From contig JBLIRO010000099.1 of assembly GCA_049472335.1 (NCBI GenBank), positions 1-16,141 on the forward strand: DNA of 16,141 nucleotides, written 5' to 3'. Shown here one piece after another: positions 7,680 through 15,671 of this stretch (positions within the stretch are counted from its first letter, which is position 1; every line of letters starts with the position of its first letter). The notes below the pieces were generated by a model. It did no database searches. It saw only the letters and a program-made list of their open reading frames with translations, and was not told the DNA's origin. The DNA is from a bacterium. GTDB taxonomy: Bacteria; SZUA-182; DTGQ01; JAFGSM01. Both the position numbers and the translations under genes were made by a program.

Positions 7680-10600
7680 CTAGTCCGTTTCAGGCCATTC
7701 ACCAACTGTACCGTCAAATAGACTACAACAATCATAGAGTATTGCATCACTTTTGAATTTAAGTCTAAAATCAAACCATTGGAACGGTGCCCGCAATGAT
7801 TCACCATCATCCATTCCAAATGTTACGATTTGTCCAATTACATAACCCATACCTCCCACACCCTTTCCAAACCAGCTTGCACCAGTTAATAGAAAATCCT
7901 TTGCGCCTCTGCTATCCATCTTATCAATCAGCTCATGTTGTTTGGGAATCATAAGAACCTTGATATCGGAAGGAGACTTATATATGCCTTTATAATCTCC
8001 CATAGTTGTTACCTTATGCAATGTATTTAGGGTATATAGCATAGCCCATTTTTTTATTGCTCCCTCTTTTGTGCCTGTTATTTCAAAACCCAGATTTACT
8101 CCTTTCTCTTCATCAGAATAGTTGCCGGATTCACTGGTTTTCCTCTTTTTTAGTTCGGTACACTTCTTTATCGCAAAATTTCTCATCATCGTACGGATAG
8201 ATTCCCTAATTTGAGGTTTGGATCTTGCCCATTCTCCCCATTCTCCTCCTTCCCTTATAAATGGATCGTTGTCATTAGCTGCACTCCAATGAGCAAATAT
8301 TGCAGATGCAACACCCCAATCTGATAAAAAACCGAATGCGTCAAGAAGGGTAGTTGGCCTTCCTTTCGTATACTCATACAGATTCATACCATCTGCGAAT
8401 CCTAATGGGTCACGTTTCAAGAACCTACCTTTCCGACAATCATAATATCTAGCCCTATAATAGTACAAGCCAGTCTCCCCATCCAATCTCCTTCCAGTAA
8501 ACAAATAGGGATTACCTACGCCACTATAAGCTGCGGACACATCATCAGAAGTAAGCCAGATTCCATCTCCTCCAGGATTAACAAAGATTTCTGGTGTCCC
8601 GTAGGCATCATATCGATAATGCTCTACTATATTACCAGCCGAATCCGTCAAGGCTACTATGGAGCCAAGGGCGTTAGTATGGTAGTAATAGATAAAACCA
8701 GCTTGATCCATGGTCAATACTTCATCTATCCGGCTACCATAAATATACTCGGCCATTACAGATTCATCCTGGCGCTCTTCGATTACACGGGTATCATCGT
8801 AGACAAAGCTTGTGACCACACCGGAGACTTCCTTTTCAAACCGCCTGCTAAGAGCATCATAGCGGTACTCACCTAAAATGGCCCTATCGGATTTTCGGGT
8901 AACCTTAATCAAGCGGTTTTCATAGTCGTATTCATAAGTATTTATGGCATCATCGGTAAGGTTTCCGTTATTATCATGTGTCCGGCCCACTCCGCAGAGA
9001 TTGGTATATTCATTTACTTCATTATTGGTGATGGGACAGCCTCCTGGTTGTGGGCAGGGTAGGGGGCCTTTCAGCCAATTACCAACACAATCAAGCGTCC
9101 AGAAGCATTGTTTGCCTGGGGAAGGAATATCTTCGCTTACCATGGTGCCTCGCTTGAATTCCGTGAGACGGTAGAGTCCATCGTATGTGTATTTTTCAGA
9201 ATTGGAGGTGTCATGATTCTTCCTGGAATAAAGGCGGTTTCCCTCCTTATCATAGGTGTATTCAAAATCAATAAGGGTAAAGGTTCCTTTGCCATGTGTT
9301 AATTGGGTTATCCAGTTATTCTGATTATAATTCCAACCAGAACCAGTGGTATTTAAAAAGGCCCTTTCAGTTATACGATCACCTAAATCATAGGTATTTT
9401 CAGCGACAATTTGGTCTATGGCATCCTTGATCCTCTTCAGGCGATACCGCTTATCCATCTCCTCTTTGACCACCTTGCCGCCCGGATAGGTAATGATCCT
9501 TTTATTGTTTGCAATATCATAGGCATAATTCACTGCAAGGCTGTTCAGAGTGGTCTGAGTCACCCTGTTTGCCCCATCGTAGGCAAAAGTAATGGTACTA
9601 TAGAGGTTGTCAGCAGTAAGCATCCTGCCACCCATATCATAGCTGAAGGTGTCATCATTGGCGCCAGGGTAGTCTCGTTTGACAAGGTTATAAAGTTCAT
9701 CATATTGATAGCTGGTGATGATCCCATTCTGGTCTTTACGGGTGATCAGATTTTCCACACCATCATAGGTAAGCTCCTTTGTCCCGCCATCGGCATATGT
9801 TTCCTTAATCAATCTATTCAACGAATCATATTCGTAAGTGGTAGAATTATTATTGCAATCGGTAATCTTAATAAGATTGCCCATACAATCATACTCGTAG
9901 CTGGTTACACCATTTAGGGCATCAGTGACGGTGAGACGCCGATTAACCTCATCGTATGTGTATAATGTCGGATTCCCTTCCCGATCGGTTATCTTTATGA
10001 GATTACCCACAGCGTCATATTCGTATGTAGTAAATTCATTCATAGGATCAGTGACCTTTATAAGTCTATTCAGCTCATCATACCCATATTTGGTCTTATT
10101 GTTATTGCCATCTTCTTTTATGATCCTGTTCCCAACACAATCATATGTATAAGAGGCTACCTTGCCTATCGAATCAGTAATAGCTGTTAACTGGTCCTTC
10201 TCATCATAGGCATAGGTGATGACGTTCCCGTTGGGGCGTGTCTCAGTGAGTTTATTCCCTACACAGTCATATGTATACTGTGTGCATTCATTCTCCGGGT
10301 TGCACTCTTGCACTAATTCGTATCCGGCATTATAGGTATAGGTGGTCGTATTATTGTTTTCATCGGTTACTGTAAGGCGATTTCCCATGCAGTCGTAGGT
10401 ATACTCAGTGACGGCATCATCCGCATCGATGATGCTACAGTCTGTATCTCCTACCTTTTGGATAACCTTAATTTGTCTGTCCAGCTTATCGTACTTGTAG
10501 CAGGTCACCTTTCCATTGGCATCTGTGATGCTTGCTATAAGGCTGCTTCCGGCAGTAGGTGGACCGCAACAGGATGAACAACCACCTCCCCCAGCACCGT

Positions 10601-12614
10601 TGTACGTATATGTAGTTGTATTTCCCAAGGGATCCGTGGTTTTAATAAGTCGGTTCAACGGATCATATTCATAGGTGGTTACATTGCCATATGCATCCGT
10701 CCCTGAGATCCTGTTTCCTGCACAGTCATATGTGATTGTGGTTATACAATTTTTAGCATCAGTTGTCTTAATAAGGCGATTTTGGAGGTCATATTCATAG
10801 GTAGTTGTGAATCCAAGTGCATTTGTCTCAGAGATCTTATTACCATTTTCATCATGGGCATAGACATTAATCCCGCCCTTTACATCGGTCACCTTGACCA
10901 ATCGATCCCGTAAATCGTATTCATAAGCGGTTGTTCCCTTGTCATCAGTGATGGTAAGCCTATTTCCCTTCCCATCATATGTATAAGTTATAATACATCC
11001 TTTGGAATCGGTCTCTTTCATTAATCGATCAAGAAGGTCATATTCATAAGTTGCAGTATGGCCATTGGCATCGGTTCTGGAAAGCATATTACCAATAACA
11101 TCATAGGTGTAATGGATTTCACATCCCAACGGATCTATTTCTTTAATCCTATTTCCATATATATCATATCCATAACATATTGTATTTCCATTGCAGTCGG
11201 TTTTGCAAAGGATATTCCCATGGGAATCATAGATGTAGATGGTCACATTGCCGAGGGGATTCGTCTCTTTAATCAGATTTCCGGAGGCATCGTATTCATA
11301 GGTTGTTACATCTCCATCCGGATCAGTGATGGAGGTGACAAGACTATAGGTGGGATCATTGGTATAAGCTGTTTCATTTCCGAGGGTATCTATTGCCTTG
11401 GTGCGATTGCCCTTTGAATCATATTTGTAACTCGTGGTATTCCCTTTACAGTCCGTCTCAGTTTCAATGTTAAGGGTAACAGGATCATAGGTATAAATGG
11501 TTGCAGTACCGTCAGGTGCGATTATTTTGGTAATAAAACCATCCTCATTATAATGATACTGCCACTGGTTGCCTCTTCCATCCGTCCTTGTGGTAATAGA
11601 AGGTATATAGGTGCGCTGTTTTGTTCTGAAAAGGTCATAGGTGCCGGTCTCCCAACCACTACTGTTGTTCAGGCTAAACAACCGGTTACCGTTGCCATCC
11701 CGGATACCAATGGGATGACCGGTTGCATCATATTCATATTGCCATTGATTCCCGTTTTTATCCGTCTTACCGACAATCTGATGGCGTTCATTATATGTGT
11801 AAGCTGTAGTTTGGCCAAAGGGGTCCTTAATATTGGATAGATTGTCATAGCTGTCATATGCCATTTCTGTGATCCGATTCCCGGGATCGGTTATTTTTAT
11901 GATTCTATTCCGCACATCATATTCGAAACCGATCTGCCGACCATATTCGTCTTTTACATTCCGAAGAAGTCCATTTTGATAAATAAGCTCTGTTGTGTTG
12001 CCATTTCTATCGGTAATACTGCTTAACAACCAGGGTGCATTACCTAGTATCCTCAAGGGATTCCCTGTAATCTTTTCGAAGAGGTAGGTAAGACCATCAT
12101 TATTCCGGATCTCTATAGACCCGTCGGAATTTTCGATTATTGTCTGCTGATGTCCACGTGTAGCCTTTAGAGGGCCTGTTCTGCCCGTGCGTTTATACTG
12201 CGTGACGAGACCACCTGGACTTATTTTGAAAATGTCCCGTCCCTGTTGAAAAAGGAATATATTATAGGAATGGCTCCAGCCAAAGCCCATAACAGTATTA
12301 AGAGATGCCTTTTCACCATCGGCAATGTAGCTTGCGTAATAAAGTGCAAGATCAAGTCCTGCTTTGCTTTCACCCTGTGCACTGATGACAGGATAGCTGT
12401 CTCCCATGGTTCCATGTGAATATGATATAAAACTACCACCACTGACATCCGTGCATGGACCTGAACATGATGGAATATCAGGCAAGGTCTGCTGGCAGCA
12501 GTCCTGGCATGGGGCATCAGCTCCAATAGGTTTTGCAAAGGCAGGCTGTGAAAAAAATACAAAACAGAACAAGAAAAAAACTATAAATATACAAATGCAC
12601 CTGGACTTATTCAT
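7680..12614 (-). CDS. rhs: Sec-secreted Rhs/YD-repeat protein with Rhs core and an uncharacterised ~215-aa C-terminal domain
   Basis: 1644-aa ORF with GGAGG RBS and signal peptide ending AFA. DUF6531-like GFGWSHSY motif, dozens of YxYDxxGN repeats, and core NPYLFTGRRLDGETGLYYYRARYYD...GRFLKRDPLG...NLYEY...PTTLLDAFGF. Confidence 0.95.
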   Translation of the reverse strand: MNKSRCICIFIVFFLFCFVFFSQPAFAKPIGADAPCQDCCQQTLPDIPSCSGPCTDVSGGSFISYSHGTMGDSYPVISAQGESKAGLDLALYYASYIADGEKASLNTVMGFGWSHSYNIFLFQQGRDIFKISPGGLVTQYKRTGRTGPLKATRGHQQTIIENSDGSIEIRNNDGLTYLFEKITGNPLRILGNAPWLLSSITDRNGNTTELIYQNGLLRNVKDEYGRQIGFEYDVRNRIIKITDPGNRITEMAYDSYDNLSNIKDPFGQTTAYTYNERHQIVGKTDKNGNQWQYEYDATGHPIGIRDGNGNRLFSLNNSSGWETGTYDLFRTKQRTYIPSITTRTDGRGNQWQYHYNEDGFITKIIAPDGTATIYTYDPVTLNIETETDCKGNTTSYKYDSKGNRTKAIDTLGNETAYTNDPTYSLVTSITDPDGDVTTYEYDASGNLIKETNPLGNVTIYIYDSHGNILCKTDCNGNTICYGYDIYGNRIKEIDPLGCEIHYTYDVIGNMLSRTDANGHTATYEYDLLDRLMKETDSKGCIITYTYDGKGNRLTITDDKGTTAYEYDLRDRLVKVTDVKGGINVYAHDENGNKISETNALGFTTTYEYDLQNRLIKTTDAKNCITTITYDCAGNRISGTDAYGNVTTYEYDPLNRLIKTTDPLGNTTTYTYNGAGGGGCSSCCGPPTAGSSLIASITDANGKVTCYKYDKLDRQIKVIQKVGDTDCSIIDADDAVTEYTYDCMGNRLTVTDENNNTTTYTYNAGYELVQECNPENECTQYTYDCVGNKLTETRPNGNVITYAYDEKDQLTAITDSIGKVASYTYDCVGNRIIKEDGNNNKTKYGYDELNRLIKVTDPMNEFTTYEYDAVGNLIKITDREGNPTLYTYDEVNRRLTVTDALNGVTSYEYDCMGNLIKITDCNNNSTTYEYDSLNRLIKETYADGGTKELTYDGVENLITRKDQNGIITSYQYDELYNLVKRDYPGANDDTFSYDMGGRMLTADNLYSTITFAYDGANRVTQTTLNSLAVNYAYDIANNKRIITYPGGKVVKEEMDKRYRLKRIKDAIDQIVAENTYDLGDRITERAFLNTTGSGWNYNQNNWITQLTHGKGTFTLIDFEYTYDKEGNRLYSRKNHDTSNSEKYTYDGLYRLTEFKRGTMVSEDIPSPGKQCFWTLDCVGNWLKGPLPCPQPGGCPITNNEVNEYTNLCGVGRTHDNNGNLTDDAINTYEYDYENRLIKVTRKSDRAILGEYRYDALSRRFEKEVSGVVTSFVYDDTRVIEERQDESVMAEYIYGSRIDEVLTMDQAGFIYYYHTNALGSIVALTDSAGNIVEHYRYDAYGTPEIFVNPGGDGIWLTSDDVSAAYSGVGNPYLFTGRRLDGETGLYYYRARYYDCRKGRFLKRDPLGFADGMNLYEYTKGRPTTLLDAFGFLSDWGVASAIFAHWSAANDNDPFIREGGEWGEWARSKPQIRESIRTMMRNFAIKKCTELKKRKTSESGNYSDEEKGVNLGFEITGTKEGAIKKWAMLYTLNTLHKVTTMGDYKGIYKSPSDIKVLMIPKQHELIDKMDSRGAKDFLLTGASWFGKGVGGMGYVIGQIVTFGMDDGESLRAPFQWFDFRLKFKSDAILYDCCSLFDGTVGEWPETD

Positions 12615-12647
12615 GACCTGCCTCCCTATGACTTTATCTTGTTTTTA

Positions 12648-13481
12648 TTATAAGGCCTGCCTTTTCCATCCCTTTTTCCATACGATAAAAGGAAGGGATA
12701 AAAGTAAAAGAAAAAGTGTCCCTGGTTCAGGAACTGCATTAGCCCCGTATACCTCAGAATCTGCCCCTGCATAAAGCCAATATTCCTCTTCGTAAAAAAG
12801 GGTGGCAGAAACTGTAAGGGAACCGTTGTATTCATCATGGAAATAGGTATTGGTGCCGGAATGTATTTCGAATACTGAATCTTCATCAAGAAGGTAACCC
12901 ATACAATCTTCCAGTTGGAGAAGTGCCCCTAATGCAATGCTGAAATAGCCAAAAGCATCCGCGTTACCCGTCAATTGACCTGAATAGTCCAAAGTGAAAG
13001 TTATATCAACAGGATCACCCGGGACCCCGCCGAAAATAATAAAGAAATTATCAAAATCGGCAGTGGCATCTCCGTCGGCCTGACCAACATTATAAAGTTC
13101 CAGGTCTGAATGGGTGGAAGCCTTTATGGAAGCATCATTTTCAATTGCAACAATATCCCCCATTACAACTGAATATTCAGCCATCGAATCTACATGGGCT
13201 GTGTTTGCAGTAGCTGATATACTTCCCTCATTTCCATAAAGGTCATCAAAATCATCATCGGAACCGGAATCTGTGTCATAGGCATGGGCACTAACGGTAC
13301 CATACCATTCATCAGTCCAAAACAGCTCTGCCATAGGATCCGGGGATGAAAAACTCAAGTTGGACAGGTCCATATCACTTGAGGCAAAAACCATTGCATT
13401 CACCTTTCCCGGCAAAATAAGATAACTAAAAAATATTAAAGCAAAAAATAAGAGCCATCCTTTTTTCTTCCCTGAAAACAT
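12648..13481 (-). CDS. PEP-CTERM sorting domain protein (exosortase substrate), highly acidic
   Basis: 277-aa ORF with GGAGG RBS at 13490-13494 and signal peptide ending VNA. C-terminal VPEPGT, hydrophobic helix LFLLLLSLPFIVW and basic tail KKGWKR. Confidence 0.93.
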   Translation of the reverse strand: MFSGKKKGWLLFFALIFFSYLILPGKVNAMVFASSDMDLSNLSFSSPDPMAELFWTDEWYGTVSAHAYDTDSGSDDDFDDLYGNEGSISATANTAHVDSMAEYSVVMGDIVAIENDASIKASTHSDLELYNVGQADGDATADFDNFFIIFGGVPGDPVDITFTLDYSGQLTGNADAFGYFSIALGALLQLEDCMGYLLDEDSVFEIHSGTNTYFHDEYNGSLTVSATLFYEEEYWLYAGADSEVYGANAVPEPGTLFLLLLSLPFIVWKKGWKRQAL

Positions 13482-13570
13482 AATATTATCCTCCCTCTAG
13501 AATTTTAAAGTCAGGGACATTAAAAAACTTACCCTAAAAGCCAGGTCATCAAATATTTCAAAAGGATTGG

Positions 13571-13587
13571 AGCAAAGGATGTGCCAA
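13571..13587 (-). promoter_or_regulatory. Sigma-54 (-24/-12) promoter of the PEP-CTERM/rhs operon
   Basis: Minus strand TTGGCAC-ATCCT-TTGCT matches TGGCAC-N5-TTGCW with correct GG-N10-GC spacing, about 90 nt upstream of the ATG. Sigma-54 sites are a known feature of PEP-CTERM genes. Confidence 0.85.
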
Positions 13588-13709
13588 AAATCTCATTTTA
13601 AGAATGCAGTAAAATAGCAGGATTTATGGAGGTTTTTACTTAATACTAAGATTCTCTAAATTATAGCATATATATTTTATGGTATTCCAATTATACAAAT
13701 TGTATATTT

Positions 13710-13738
13710 ATTATGAAAAACTTCAAACTTATTGTCAA
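13710..13738 (-). promoter_or_regulatory. Candidate sigma-70 promoter upstream of the PEP-CTERM gene
   Basis: Minus strand TTGACA (13738-13733), 17-nt spacer, CATAAT (13715-13710). Confidence 0.4.
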
Positions 13739-13771
13739 AGAAATCGTCCCTTTGACAATCCCCCTTTGACA
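13739..13771. repeat. Dispersed repeat family A, copy 2, with tandem CCCTTTGACA cores
   Basis: AGAAATCGTCCCTTTGACAATCCCCCTTTGACA contains two CCCTTTGACA cores (13748-13757, 13762-13771) and matches 82-108. Confidence 0.65.
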
Positions 13772-13820
13772 ACTCTCATTTATTTACTGATAGTTAAACA
13801 TACTTTGTTAATATTACTTT

Positions 13821-14492
13821 TTATTTTGGGATTTGGGGGTCTCCCATTAAATTCATCTTAAGGATCTTAAAATTTTCAGCAGTGTAATATTTTCGCTGGT
13901 CTTTTTCCAAAAGAGAACCAAGCTTAACTGTATAGTCCTGCTTTTTGAAAGAATCTATTCCTTTCAAAATGCGAGTTAATATCTCCGGAGATACATCCAT
14001 GGCAATGCCTTTTTTAAATAAAAATTCTATATCAAAAATATCTCTTATTTCTTTTCTGGCCAGAAATGCCTCTATTATAGCATCCATCATATCTTTTAAA
14101 GAGATAACCTTCATAAAAACCTGGATGGTTGAATATTTGCTGTAGGCAATAGCCTGATCTGTTCTAACCTTCTTTTGCTGCTTTCTTATTTCTATTTTTA
14201 AACTTCTGGGATAGTCTGCAGACCTGATTTCAAAAAGCAGGGTGTAAAATTTTTGAGTAGCATCTTTTATGGAATAATATTGTGCTAGATATGTTTTAAT
14301 GTCTTGATATAATTTGTCTGTATTGCATTTTTGAGTAGCCCATAAATCTAATTCAACAGAGAATCTGTTTAAACCAAAACATAACCTGAGCATTGTTCCA
14401 CCTCCAAATATCAGGTTATTGAGAAATCTTTTACTGTTTAGCCTATCCAATACTTCCAGCTCAAATTGTTCCTGTTTTATCAAATCCCGCAT
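13821..14492 (-). CDS. abiEii: AbiEii-family nucleotidyltransferase toxin, with substituted conserved residues
   Basis: 223 aa. Motif I/II FGGGTMLRLCFGLNRFSVELDL and C-terminal RKEIRDIFD. Overlaps the upstream AbiEi-like gene by 13 nt. Confidence 0.88.
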   Translation of the reverse strand: MRDLIKQEQFELEVLDRLNSKRFLNNLIFGGGTMLRLCFGLNRFSVELDLWATQKCNTDKLYQDIKTYLAQYYSIKDATQKFYTLLFEIRSADYPRSLKIEIRKQQKKVRTDQAIAYSKYSTIQVFMKVISLKDMMDAIIEAFLARKEIRDIFDIEFLFKKGIAMDVSPEILTRILKGIDSFKKQDYTVKLGSLLEKDQRKYYTAENFKILKMNLMGDPQIPK

Positions 14493-15064
14493 AATTTTCT
14501 GACTGTCTTAGCTGTTTTTGGAGGATATATATCTAACATCTGTTTTATTTTATTATTATCAAACTTATCAAAGTCAATGGAATTTATATCTATTTTATAT
14601 TTTCCAAATGAATATAAATATAGCGAATCCAATAGCGCCTTTTCCATTGTTGCAATGAAGAAATGGCCTTCTTTTAGAAAATCAAAATAATATTTTTTAT
14701 TAAGTTTGTAAAAATTAAAGGTAACATCCTTTACCTCAATATGCTTTGTCCTCTTTAATGAAGCACTTTCAAAAAAATTTCGTTGAACCTGAGTCGTTAC
14801 TTCATATCTGGAAAGAGCTGACATAAATGAGATATAAGATGGTACCTGTAGAAAATTTGAAATTTTATAAAAATTTTCCAAAGTTAAATATTCCCATTTT
14901 GAGGCAAGAATATAAAATCCTTTTTTTAGTCTTATAAATATACCCTTTTTGACATAACGACTACATAAGACACGAGCTGATTCAACTCTGATATTCAAGG
15001 CATCAGATAAGTCGTTAACTGTAAAATATATCTTTTTTAAGGGATCTAAATCGGAGTATTTCAT
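14480..15064 (-). CDS. abiEi: AbiEi-family antitoxin / winged-helix transcriptional regulator
   Basis: 194 aa. N-terminal wHTH (FTVNDL...RYVKKGIFIRLKKGFY), PSYISFMSALSRY, and IATMEKALLDSLYL. Directly upstream of abiEii. Confidence 0.88.
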   Translation of the reverse strand: MKYSDLDPLKKIYFTVNDLSDALNIRVESARVLCSRYVKKGIFIRLKKGFYILASKWEYLTLENFYKISNFLQVPSYISFMSALSRYEVTTQVQRNFFESASLKRTKHIEVKDVTFNFYKLNKKYYFDFLKEGHFFIATMEKALLDSLYLYSFGKYKIDINSIDFDKFDNNKIKQMLDIYPPKTAKTVRKLCGI

Positions 15065-15069
15065 AGTAT

Positions 15070-15117
15070 TACTAAGAATATATTGTTAACAATTATGTTA
15101 ATAATATATCCTTAGTA
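15070..15117. promoter_or_regulatory. AbiEi autoregulatory operator (22-bp inverted repeat, 4-bp spacer)
   Basis: TACTAAGAATATATTGTTAACA-ATTA-TGTTAATAATATATCCTTAGTA, arms 20/22 complementary, 5 nt from the abiEi ATG. It has the same architecture as the long inverted repeats bound by characterised AbiEi proteins. Confidence 0.85.
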
Positions 15118-15129
15118 TTTTTTTGTCAA
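15101..15129 (-). promoter_or_regulatory. Sigma-70 promoter of the abiE operon
   Basis: Minus strand TTGACA (15129-15124), 17-nt spacer, TATTAT (15106-15101). The -10 box lies inside the operator arm. Confidence 0.75.
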
Positions 15130-15272
15130 CCAGAATATATACAATATACAAAGGTTCTCTTTTTTTGAAGTGATGCCAAGACGCCCAACGAGTATTTGAT
15201 TTATTTTATTAATTTTATTATATTTATTTGCAGATTGCTGATTTCAATGATATCACTGATAGCGAGGGATTT

Positions 15273-15671
15273 TTGAGTAAAGAAAATAAGATAAAGTATT
15301 GGACAAAATCCGCAAATAATGATTGGAAGGTTGCATTTCACCTTTTTGAGAAAGGCGATTATACATATACTCTCTTTTTTGGACACTTGACAATCGAGAA
15401 ACTTTTAAAGGCAATATTTGTTAGTAAATTTGATGAATCACCCCCGCATACTCACAGGCTTACTTATTTAGCAGAAAAAACAGGACTGGAATTGTCTTCT
15501 AAACAGATAGAGCTGCTTGAAATTATTACAGATTTTAATCTTGAGGCAAGATATCCTGATGAAAAGTTTTCTTTCTATAAAAGATGCACAAAAGAATTCG
15601 CTGAGACATATTTGAATAAAATTGAGGAAATAAAAAAATGGTTAGAAAACATGTTGTTGCAGAACATATAG
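15273..15671 (+). CDS. HEPN domain protein of a HEPN/MNT pair
   Basis: Motifs YW..SA..D...A..LF, FFGHLTIEKLLKA, PPHTHRL and EARYPD. The start is probably TTG at 15273 (GAGG at 15264-15267) rather than 15228 from the ORF track. Confidence 0.85.
   Translation: MSKENKIKYWTKSANNDWKVAFHLFEKGDYTYTLFFGHLTIEKLLKAIFVSKFDESPPHTHRLTYLAEKTGLELSSKQIELLEIITDFNLEARYPDEKFSFYKRCTKEFAETYLNKIEEIKKWLENMLLQNI

Noticed and set aside
7460..7819. 119-aa minus-strand ORF as the Rhs immunity gene
   Set aside because: It overlaps the Rhs end by 140 nt and the convergent gene by about 190 nt, and its composition is not protein-like.
8619..12889. Numerous short ORFs overlapping the rhs and PEP-CTERM genes
   Set aside because: Antisense or alternative-frame shadows of well-supported CDS.
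13793..13799. GTTAAAC integron-like core after abiEii
   Set aside because: A 7-mer expected by chance in AT-rich DNA, with no complementary partner or stem.
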